This document shows positions 36,038-44,142 of a stretch of DNA of 64,000 nt, piece after piece (within the stretch, counting starts at the first letter, position 1; each line of letters begins with the position of its first letter). The position numbers and the translations under genes are program-made. The stretch lies in NCBI GenBank assembly GCA_964528155.1, contig CAZGRL010000001.1, forward strand, positions 1,523 through 65,522, read 5' to 3'. Source of the DNA: an uncultured Anaerolineaceae bacterium. Its GTDB lineage: Bacteria; Chloroflexota; Anaerolineae; Anaerolineales; E44-bin32. Below the pieces are notes generated by a model, which worked only from the letters and a program-made list of their open reading frames with translations, did no database searches and had not been told where the DNA came from.

Positions 36038-37190
36038 ATCCCGCAAGTACCTCCGCTTCCCGGTCTCCTATCGAATCGAGCACTGGATCCTGGTTACCGC
36101 TTTCACCACCCTGGCGATCACCGGGCTGGTGCAGAAGTTCCCAATGGCGGGTATCTCGGATGCGATCCTGCGCCTGCTCGGTGGGATCGATACGACGCGG
36201 GTGATCCACCATAGAGCGGCGGTCGTCCTGATGCTGGAAGCCGTGTATCACATCGGTGCCGTCGGATTCCGCCTTTTCGTCCGCCGGACACGTCTTTCGA
36301 TGCTCCCGACGATGACCGATGTTCGTGTGGCCGTGCAGGCGTTGCTCTTCAATCTGGGTCTCAGCAAAGTCCGTCCACAGCAGGGTCGTTTCAGCTTCGA
36401 AGAGAAGGTCGAGTATTGGGCGGTGGTCTGGGGCACCGTGATCATGGCGCTCACTGGCTTCATGATGTGGAACCCGATCGCCACGACCCGCTTACTCCCA
36501 GGGGAGTTTGTGCCGGCGGCGAAGTCGGCCCACGGGGCGGAAGCGGTGCTGGCCGTCCTGGCCATCATCATCTGGCACATCTACCACGTTCACGTCCGCG
36601 AACTCAACAAGAGCATGTTCACCGGTCGACTGACAGAAGACGAGATGATCGAGGAGCACCCGCTCGAGTTGGCCGATCTCAAGGCCGGTGTGGCAGAGCG
36701 TCCGGTCGAACAGCGCTTGCTTACCCGCCGCAAGCGGATTTTCTATCCGGTCTACGGCCTGCTGGCGGCGGTGATGCTCCTCGGGATCTACGCCTTTGTC
36801 GCGTTGGAGCATACAGCTGTTACCACCCTGCCGCCCGCCGAGAATGTCGTCGTCTACGCTCCGCTCACGCCGACACCTTTCCCGACGGCGCTGCCTTCGG
36901 CCACGGCACAGCCGATCACAGCGGTCACCTGGGATGGCGGGATCGGGGCCATTTTCCAGACCAAGTGCGGGACGTGCCACGGCGGGCCGTCGGGTCTGGG
37001 CGGGCTGGATCTGTCCAGCTACGCCGGCATCAGCGCCGGTGGAGTCGACGGCCCGGCGATCGTGCCTGGCGATGCCGACGCCAGCCTGCTGGTATCGAAG
37101 CAATCCGCCGGCGGTCATCCGGGGCAGCTGACCGGTGAGGAACTGGCCCTGGTCCGGCAGTGGATCGAGGCCGGCGCGCCGGAAAACTAA
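36030..37190 (+). CDS. FdnI/HydC-type diheme cytochrome b fused to a C-terminal PSCyt1-like monoheme c domain
   Basis: The N-terminus YLRFPVSYRIEHWILVTAFTTLAITGLVQKF plus four to five TM helices with conserved His fit the Ni_hydr_CYTB type. The C-terminal ~91 aa read WDGGIGAIFQTKCGTCHGG...IVPGDADASLLV...WIEAGAPEN. The gene overlaps the previous one by 8 nt. Confidence 0.85.
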   Translation: MSESRKYLRFPVSYRIEHWILVTAFTTLAITGLVQKFPMAGISDAILRLLGGIDTTRVIHHRAAVVLMLEAVYHIGAVGFRLFVRRTRLSMLPTMTDVRVAVQALLFNLGLSKVRPQQGRFSFEEKVEYWAVVWGTVIMALTGFMMWNPIATTRLLPGEFVPAAKSAHGAEAVLAVLAIIIWHIYHVHVRELNKSMFTGRLTEDEMIEEHPLELADLKAGVAERPVEQRLLTRRKRIFYPVYGLLAAVMLLGIYAFVALEHTAVTTLPPAENVVVYAPLTPTPFPTALPSATAQPITAVTWDGGIGAIFQTKCGTCHGGPSGLGGLDLSSYAGISAGGVDGPAIVPGDADASLLVSKQSAGGHPGQLTGEELALVRQWIEAGAPEN

Positions 37191-37210
37191 AACTCAGGCT
37201 CAATCGGAGA

Positions 37211-38357
37211 ATGCGCATAGAAACGTTGAGAGGGGCGATCCGGCGCTTCTACTTCCCGCCCGAAGGCTCACCCTTGTGGATCGGGCTGCTCCCGTACGCC
37301 ACGCTCGACGTGCTCAGCCTGGCGGCGCTCGTCTCAGGCGCGTACGCCTGGGATTACACCAATTCGCCTCCTTTCTGTGGCGCCGTTTGCCATACCATGC
37401 CGCCCGAATACACGGCTTGCCTGACCTCGCATCACGCCCGGGTGGATTGCGTCGAGTGCCACATCGGCCGCGGGTTCATCGCCACCCGTGTGACCCGCAA
37501 GGCGGGAGATACCAAGTACATCGTCGCTCTGGCTTTCCACGAGTATGAATTTCCGATTCGGGCGACGGACTTGAGGCCGGCCCGCGAGACGTGTGAGCGT
37601 TGCCACTTCCCGGAGAAATTCTCCGACGATAGCCTGCGTCACATTCAACACTATGCCAATGGTGTGGATAACACGCCGACGACGACTTATCTCGTCCTCA
37701 AGACCGGAGGCGGGTCGAAGCGGCAGGGCCTCGGGCGCGGCATCCACTGGCACATCGAGAACCAGGTTCACTATCTGCCGTTGGATCCCGAAGAGCAGTC
37801 GATCCCCTACGTGCGTGTCATCCAGGACGATGGTTCAGTCTCGGAATACGTCGAGTTGGGTTCAGGCATCGATCCGGCCTCGATCAACCCATCCGACTTG
37901 AAGGAGATGGACTGCATCACGTGTCACAACAGGGTCACCCACCTGATCCTCTCGCCCGAGGACACCGTCGATCAGCTCATCACCGGCAGCGCCATTTCGC
38001 AGGAAATCCCCGAATTACACGAGAAGGCCTGTCGAGGTGTACGGCGCGTCATACAGCTTGACCCAGGAGGCCATGTCAGGCATCGCCGGCCTGACATACG
38101 ATGGTGCCATTGGCTTGCTGTTCCAGAACCGCTGTGCCGCGTGCCATGGCGCGTCAGCAACCATGGGCCTCGACCTGACGTCCTACGCCACGGCCATGGC
38201 CGGAAGCAAGAACGGGCCGGTGATCGTGCCCGGTGATCCTCAGGGAAGCCTTCTTGTCCGGAAACAATCGGGGGACCAGCCCCACTTCGGACAGTTCTCA
38301 GCCAAAGAACTTCAACGAGTCGTCGATTGGATCAAGGCCGGTGCGCCTGAGAAGTAA
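37211..38357 (+). pseudogene. NapC/NirT-like tetraheme quinol dehydrogenase plus C-terminal PSCyt1-like monoheme domain, split by a +1 frame error near 38030
   Basis: An N-terminal TM helix and four CxxCH motifs (CGAVCH, CVECH, CERCH, CITCH). After ...EIPELHEKA the frame turns to nonsense, while skipping T38030 gives VEVYGASYSLTQEAMSGIAGLTYDGAIGLLFQNRCAACHG...WIKAGAPEK (ORF 38037-38357). That second part has no signal peptide of its own. Confidence 0.8.
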
Positions 38358-38446
38358 GGACCGAGCCTGCGGATTGGCGGCGAGAACGCAACAACCCGAA
38401 CTCGAAATGTCACCGGGCGTGACACGCGAAGGGAGGTGCTTCAACA

Positions 38447-38926
38447 ATGGGTGAACCGAACCGAATGGGCCGTCGCCAATTCCTGAGCACGCTGACCTGG
38501 GCGATCGGCGGGGTCATCAGCGCCGGGCTCGGCATCCCTGCCATTGCCTACATCATTGGTCCGGCGCTCCAGGGCACGGGGACCCAGAATTGGATCCGGC
38601 TGGGCTCGACAGCCAAGGTCGAACTCGGAGCCCCCACGCTTTTCAAAGCCCGAATCACCCGCAAGACAGGCTGGATCGAGAACGAGGAAGAACTCTCAGC
38701 CTACGTCAGGACCGACAACGGGCGCGAATTCGTGGCGATGTCCAACATCTGCACCCACCTCGGGTGCCGGGTGCGCTGGGTCAGCGGGCAAGGGGAGTTC
38801 TTCTGCCCCTGCCACAACGGCGTATTCGATAAGGACGGCAACGTCGTGTCCGGCCCTCCGCCGCGACCCCTCGACCGCTATGAAGTTAAGGTCGAGGACG
38901 ACGAACTGTTCATTCTGGGAGGCTGA
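38447..38926 (+). CDS. Rieske [2Fe-2S] subunit of a cytochrome bc-type complex
   Basis: Tat-like RRQFL, and the motifs CTHLGCRVRW and CPCHNGVF. Confidence 0.92.
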   Translation: MGEPNRMGRRQFLSTLTWAIGGVISAGLGIPAIAYIIGPALQGTGTQNWIRLGSTAKVELGAPTLFKARITRKTGWIENEEELSAYVRTDNGREFVAMSNICTHLGCRVRWVSGQGEFFCPCHNGVFDKDGNVVSGPPPRPLDRYEVKVEDDELFILGG

Positions 38927-38928
38927 AC

Positions 38929-39588
38929 ATGGCGGCCAGAGTCGGCGATTGGTTGGACGAACGACTGGGATGGCGGCAGGTCTGGGAAGCGATCTTCCTG
39001 CGCAAGATCCCCAAAGTCAATTGGTTCTACACCCTTGGGAGCGCGGCACTCTTCTTGGCGGTGAATCAGATTGTGACGGGGATTTTGCTCACCATCTACT
39101 ACGTCCCGACCCCCGATCACGCGTATGACAGCGTGCAGTTCATCACCGGGCAGGTCCCGGCCGGCTGGCTAATTCGAGGATTGCACCACTGGGGTGCCAG
39201 CGCCATGGTCGTCATCGTGGGCCTGCACATGTTGCGTGTGATCCTGCAAGGCTCCTACAAGTACCCGCGGGAGGTCACCTGGTTTACCGGTGTTCTTCTC
39301 TTGTTGGCGGTGGTCGGGTTCGGCTTCACCGGATACCTCCTCCCATGGGACCAGAAGGCATTCTGGGCTACGACCGTCGGCACGCGCATCGCCGGGGTGA
39401 CGCCCGTTGTCGGAGAGTGGATCCTGCGCATCATGCGCGGCGGCGAGGAACTCTCAGCGGTCACCCTGGCACGATTCTTCGGCGTACACGTGTGGGTCCT
39501 GCCGGCGGCCTTGCTGAGCCTGGTACTCGTGCACCTCTACCTTGTCATCCGGATCGGGATCAGCGCCCCGCCGAAGAGGGGGGAGTGA
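38929..39588 (+). CDS. Cytochrome b6-like subunit (N-terminal four-helix cytochrome b)
   Basis: 219 aa with NWFYTLGSAALFLAVNQIVTGILL, GLHHWGASAMVV and YLLPWDQKAFWAT, the b6/b N-terminal-domain signatures. It begins 2 nt after the Rieske gene. Confidence 0.9.
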   Translation: MAARVGDWLDERLGWRQVWEAIFLRKIPKVNWFYTLGSAALFLAVNQIVTGILLTIYYVPTPDHAYDSVQFITGQVPAGWLIRGLHHWGASAMVVIVGLHMLRVILQGSYKYPREVTWFTGVLLLLAVVGFGFTGYLLPWDQKAFWATTVGTRIAGVTPVVGEWILRIMRGGEELSAVTLARFFGVHVWVLPAALLSLVLVHLYLVIRIGISAPPKRGE

Positions 39589-39591
39589 CCG

Positions 39592-41694
39592 ATGAACGAA
39601 CAAGAAAAGAAAGAGTACCTGGAGGCCTACCACAAAGCCAAGGAAGCCGGGCCGTCGTTCTTTCCTGACGTCGTCGTCAAAGATGCCGTCGTCGCACTCT
39701 TGGTGTTCCTGGCGCTTGCGGCTCTGGCCTACTTCATCGGCGCCCCGCTCGAAGCCCGGGCCAACCCGGCCGATACATCGTACACCCCTCGACCGGAATG
39801 GTATTTCCTGTTCTTGTTCCAGTTGTTGAAGTACTTCCCGGGGAAGTTGGAGGTTATCGGGGTCATCGTCATCCCGACCGTGGTCCTCGGATTGTTGTTC
39901 TTCTTGCCATTTATCGATCGGACAGCCAAGCGACATCCCATCGGTCGGCCGATTGTCACCGCCGGCGTGACACTGGTCGTGCTCGCCGTCGGGCTGCTGA
40001 CGCTGCAGGCGGTGCGCGAGACGCCTCCGCCGGCCGACACTTCACTCGGTGATCCAACCGCCGCGCTCTACGTCACAAACTGCGCCGGCTGCCACGGCCC
40101 GTCCATCAGCGTGCCGCCCAGCACCAACCTGCACGCCGTCATCGCCCAGGGCAAACACGAAGGCATGCCGGCCTGGAACGCCGATCTCACCAGCGACGAG
40201 ATCGATGCGCTGGCAGGTTTCATCCTCTCCCCCGACGGCAGCCGCCTGTTCACCGAGAACTGTGCCGAATGCCACCAGACCTCTGAACTCGTGGCCAGCG
40301 ATCCACTTGAGCTTAGGTCAGCATTGCAGCAGGGGCCCGACTACCCACCGCACGCCGGTCTGGAAGTGCCGGCCTGGACACAAACACTCAGCCCCGAGGA
40401 GCGCACGGCGCTGCTCAATTTCCTGGTCGCCCCTGACGGGCAGCGCCTGTTCGCCATCAACTGCGCTGCGTGCCACGGACGATCCGTGTCCTTCTCGGGG
40501 GACGAAGCCACCCTGCGCCAGATCATCCAACAGGGCGGGTTGCATCTCGAGATGCCGCCGTGGCGAGAGAGATTGAGCTCGTCGGAGCTCGACATGCTGG
40601 CCAGCTATGTTGTCGACCCGTCCAACACGCCTCAAGGCCAGCAACTGTTCTCCAACTACTGCACCGAATGCCATGGGCAGCGCGTCCCGGCGGAGACTGA
40701 CGTCGAGACGGCCCGCCAGGCAATCGCCAGCGGCGGCGGGCACGAGACGATGCCCGTATGGGGAAACATCCTCACGCCCGAACAAATCGACGCGTTGGTG
40801 AGTTACACACTCGAAGCCGCTCACGGCGCGCCCCTCGAGCTGGGCCAGGATCTCTTTGCCAAGAACTGCTCCGTCTGCCACGGCGATTTCGGCGAAGGCG
40901 GGCCCAACCCAACCCGACCGGACGACATCATCGCCCCAATCAGCTCAGCCGAGTTCCTCGAGACGCGCGATGACGCCACACTGCGAGCGATCATCTCCCA
41001 GGGCCAGCCCAACTTCGGGATGTCACCCTTTGGGAACGCTTACGGAGGCCCGTTGAGCGACGAGGAGGTTGACGCTCTCGTAGCCTTCATCCGATCGTGG
41101 CAAGCAAAGCCTCCGGTGGAACTGCCTCCGGAAATCGTGAGCCGACCGCTATCGATCGAGGGTCCTGACATCTACGCCGAGGTCTGCGCGCAATGCCACG
41201 GCGTTCAAGGCGAAGGCCTGATCGGCCCATCGCTGAGCGATCCTTCGTTCCAATCCGCCAACACGGATGAGCAGATCTACAACACGATCAATGTCGGCCA
41301 CGAGGCCACAGCCATGATCGGCTGGGGAGAGATCCTCAGCGCCGACCAGATCCACCAGCTTGTGGATTACATCCGGAAGCTGGGCGGAGCAGGAGCCGCG
41401 CAAGACGCTGGCGAAGTCTCTTTTAAGAATGACGTGCTCCCCATCCTGGATGAGAAGTGCGGGATCTGTCATGGCAGCCTGGGAGGCTGGGACGCCTCGA
41501 GCCATCAATCGGTGATGGAGAGCGGGGACAATGGGCCAGTCGTGAACCCCGGAGACCCCGAAGCCAGCCTGCTCGCCCAGAAGCTCCTCGGCACTCAGAC
41601 GATTGGAGCAGAGATGCCTCCAGCAGGCCCGCTGCCGCAGGACGAAATCCAGACGATCCTGGATTGGATCAGCGCGGGCGCCTTGGACAACTGA
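39592..41694 (+). CDS. Subunit IV-like (cytochrome b C-terminal) membrane domain fused to seven c-type heme domains
   Basis: The N-terminal ~130 aa contain PEWYFLFLFQLLKYFPG (the PEWY motif of subunit IV). Seven CxxCH motifs follow (CAGCH, CAECH, CAACH, CTECH, CSVCH, CAQCH, CGICH). Six sit in tandem class I-like repeats, and the last sits in a PSCyt1-like module ending WISAGALDN. Confidence 0.88.
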   Translation: MNEQEKKEYLEAYHKAKEAGPSFFPDVVVKDAVVALLVFLALAALAYFIGAPLEARANPADTSYTPRPEWYFLFLFQLLKYFPGKLEVIGVIVIPTVVLGLLFFLPFIDRTAKRHPIGRPIVTAGVTLVVLAVGLLTLQAVRETPPPADTSLGDPTAALYVTNCAGCHGPSISVPPSTNLHAVIAQGKHEGMPAWNADLTSDEIDALAGFILSPDGSRLFTENCAECHQTSELVASDPLELRSALQQGPDYPPHAGLEVPAWTQTLSPEERTALLNFLVAPDGQRLFAINCAACHGRSVSFSGDEATLRQIIQQGGLHLEMPPWRERLSSSELDMLASYVVDPSNTPQGQQLFSNYCTECHGQRVPAETDVETARQAIASGGGHETMPVWGNILTPEQIDALVSYTLEAAHGAPLELGQDLFAKNCSVCHGDFGEGGPNPTRPDDIIAPISSAEFLETRDDATLRAIISQGQPNFGMSPFGNAYGGPLSDEEVDALVAFIRSWQAKPPVELPPEIVSRPLSIEGPDIYAEVCAQCHGVQGEGLIGPSLSDPSFQSANTDEQIYNTINVGHEATAMIGWGEILSADQIHQLVDYIRKLGGAGAAQDAGEVSFKNDVLPILDEKCGICHGSLGGWDASSHQSVMESGDNGPVVNPGDPEASLLAQKLLGTQTIGAEMPPAGPLPQDEIQTILDWISAGALDN

Positions 41695-41857
41695 CGCTCA
41701 TTGGGGAGAGGGCATCAAGCCCTGGAACATCAACCCCACGAGCGCGGAGCGGGATATAGAGCGAGGGAACGAGCCGGACGGATGACCCGGCGGCCTCCGT
41801 CTTCGACTGAGTCGGTAGACGCAGTACAGGCGGCGCATCGCCGCGAGAGAGCCTCAC

Positions 41858-43330
41858 ATGTCGACAGATCGAAGTCGATCCACAATCCCCTGGCTCCGAC
41901 ATAGCCTGCGGGCGCGGGTCGCCATCAGCGTTGCGCTTCCACTGATGCTCGCATTAGCCTCCCTGTCGATTGCCCACTACTTGCGCGGCCGCGACCTGGT
42001 CGAAAGCCAGGTTCGGATGACGGCAGCCCAGCTTGGCCAGATTCTGACAGGAAGCCTGCGTCGGGCGATGCTGGCAAATGACAATCAAATGATCACCGCC
42101 GTCTTAGAGGACGTCGGTAGTATGGAAAACATTGATCGGATCCGTATCGTCGACAGCCAGGGTGTCGTTCGCCTCGACAGCCATTCGACGGACCTCGGTC
42201 GGCAGGAGCTCACCGGCCAGCCGGGGTGCGTCGAGTGCCATGTCTACGATCCTTCTGTCCGACCGCGAGCGGTGCTCCTGACGGGCGCCGCCGGGATCTT
42301 GAGGATCGCCACACCGATCGACAATGAACTGGCCTGCCTGGGCTGTCACTCTGAGTCCCAGAGACACCTGGGTGTCGTCCTGGCCGATGTCCCGGTCCAG
42401 GCGCTCGAACAGAACTTGTTCCACGATCTCGAAATCGATCTGGCGATCTCAGTCGGCATCACGCTGCTGGTGACCATCGGGGTGTATTTGCTCATACACC
42501 GGTCGGTTGTGCGCAGAGTGGAGAGTTTCCTGCCGGCATTGGCGTCATTCGCCCGCGGCGACTTGAGCGCCCGCCTGCCGGAGCGTGGCCGCGAGCACGA
42601 CGAATTGGGGCAACTCGCCGTCGCTTTCAATCAGATGGCCGACGACCTGGAAAGGCATACCCGCGATCAGGCCGCACGAACCAGGCTGCGTCAACGCGCA
42701 ATTGTTGAGGAACGTGAGCGGATTGCCCGCGAACTTCACGACGGCATCGCCCAGCTCCTGGGATTCGTCAACAACAAAGCCATGGCCGTCCGCCTGCTTC
42801 TGAAGAAGAACCAGACCCATGAAGCCGATGATCAGCTCCAACAACTCGAGGAGGCCTCGCACGGTCTTTTCGTCGATGTCAGAGAAGCGATCATCGGCTT
42901 GAGGACCACAGACAAGGCCGGCGTCGGGCTTTCCAGCGCAGTCGAAGACTACACCCACCAATTCAGCCGACTGAGTGGGATCACGGTGGACCTCTCGATC
43001 GGCCCTGGGGTAAGGGATATTGAGCTCAACGCCGAAGTCGAGTTGCAGTTGCTGCGCATCATTCAGGAGGCCCTGACGAACATTCGCAAGCACGCCGCCG
43101 CCAGCCGCGCTTCGGTGAGCCTGCGGAGGAATGACACCAGACTCGAGTTGGCCATCACTGACAACGGCGTGGGCTTCGTGCCGGCCTCTGCGGACTCCGA
43201 CCATCAGCCCCGGTTCGGATTGAGCACCATGCAAGAGCGGGCCGAGTCGATCGGGGCGGCGTTCGAACTGGCTTCCGCGCCGGGGGCAGGCACTCGCGTC
43301 TCCGTCAACGCTCCGCTGGGGAGGAGATAG
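41858..43330 (+). CDS. Sensor histidine kinase (HAMP, HisKA_3, HATPase) with two CxxCH motifs in the extracytoplasmic loop
   Basis: Two TM helices flank a ~170 aa loop containing GCVECH and ACLGCH. HAMP (LAVAFNQMADDL), the H-box ARELHDGIAQLL and the ATPase domain (NGVGF, GLSTMQERA) follow. Confidence 0.9.
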   Translation: MSTDRSRSTIPWLRHSLRARVAISVALPLMLALASLSIAHYLRGRDLVESQVRMTAAQLGQILTGSLRRAMLANDNQMITAVLEDVGSMENIDRIRIVDSQGVVRLDSHSTDLGRQELTGQPGCVECHVYDPSVRPRAVLLTGAAGILRIATPIDNELACLGCHSESQRHLGVVLADVPVQALEQNLFHDLEIDLAISVGITLLVTIGVYLLIHRSVVRRVESFLPALASFARGDLSARLPERGREHDELGQLAVAFNQMADDLERHTRDQAARTRLRQRAIVEERERIARELHDGIAQLLGFVNNKAMAVRLLLKKNQTHEADDQLQQLEEASHGLFVDVREAIIGLRTTDKAGVGLSSAVEDYTHQFSRLSGITVDLSIGPGVRDIELNAEVELQLLRIIQEALTNIRKHAAASRASVSLRRNDTRLELAITDNGVGFVPASADSDHQPRFGLSTMQERAESIGAAFELASAPGAGTRVSVNAPLGRR

Positions 43331-43334
43331 GCGC

Positions 43335-43976
43335 ATGCGGGTCCTCGTAGCCGACGATCACTCCCTCTTCCGGGACGGCGTGGTAAGCCTGTTGGAGGCA
43401 GCCGGTTTCGAGGTCGTCGGCCAGGTGGGAGACGGTCTGGCCGCCGTCGAGTCCGCCATTGACCTGAGGCCTGACCTCGTCTTGATGGATATCACTATGC
43501 CCAAACTCAGCGGGCTGGACGCGCTTCGTCGCATGAGGGCGGAAGCTCCCGAGATCCAGGTGGTCATGCTCACCGTCTCGGACGAGGACAGCGATCTGCT
43601 TGCCGCGATCCAGTCCGGTGCCAAGGGCTACATCCACAAGAGCTTGAGTGCCCAGGAGTTCCTCGACCTGATCGGCGGGCTGGAGCGCGGCGAGGCAGCC
43701 TTGAGCCGGAAGACGGCCGCGCGCCTGATCGCCAGGCTTGGAAACAGGCCCGGGCCTGAGGACGACAGACTGCCGCGCCTCACGCGACGCGAGATCGAGC
43801 TACTCAAGCTGGTGGCCGACGGTTTATCTAACAAGGCCATCGCCCAATCGTTGTCCGTGAGCGAGAACACAGTCAAATATCACGTTCGCAACATCCTGCA
43901 AAAGCTCGGAGTTCAAAACCGGACCGAGGCTGTCGCTCATGCGATCCGCGCCGGGCTCCTCGGCCGTCGTGATTGA
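43335..43976 (+). CDS. NarL/FixJ-family response regulator (REC plus LuxR HTH)
   Basis: MRVLVADDHSLFRDG, LVLMDITMP, and LTRREIELLKLVADGLSNKAIAQSLSVSENTVKYHVRNIL. Confidence 0.93.
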   Translation: MRVLVADDHSLFRDGVVSLLEAAGFEVVGQVGDGLAAVESAIDLRPDLVLMDITMPKLSGLDALRRMRAEAPEIQVVMLTVSDEDSDLLAAIQSGAKGYIHKSLSAQEFLDLIGGLERGEAALSRKTAARLIARLGNRPGPEDDRLPRLTRREIELLKLVADGLSNKAIAQSLSVSENTVKYHVRNILQKLGVQNRTEAVAHAIRAGLLGRRD

Positions 43977-44142
43977 CTCCGGCCTCTGGCAGCCGCGAGG
44001 CTCAGCTCCCCACCCGATCGGATTCCGGGCCTACCCATCCAGGTAGTCACCCCGCAGGCGTCCGCCCACCCGAAGGGGTGCATTGAATGCTTCAGCGGAG
44101 TGTTGCCAACCAGTGTCATCTTGCGCTAATCTTCCCTCAATC

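Noticed and set aside
38020-38045. Programmed ribosomal frameshift at the NapC-like gene (and at 10573)
   Set aside because: There is no slippery X-XXY-YYZ heptamer, no in-frame rare or stop codon at the site, and no obvious downstream pseudoknot. An indel is the simpler explanation.
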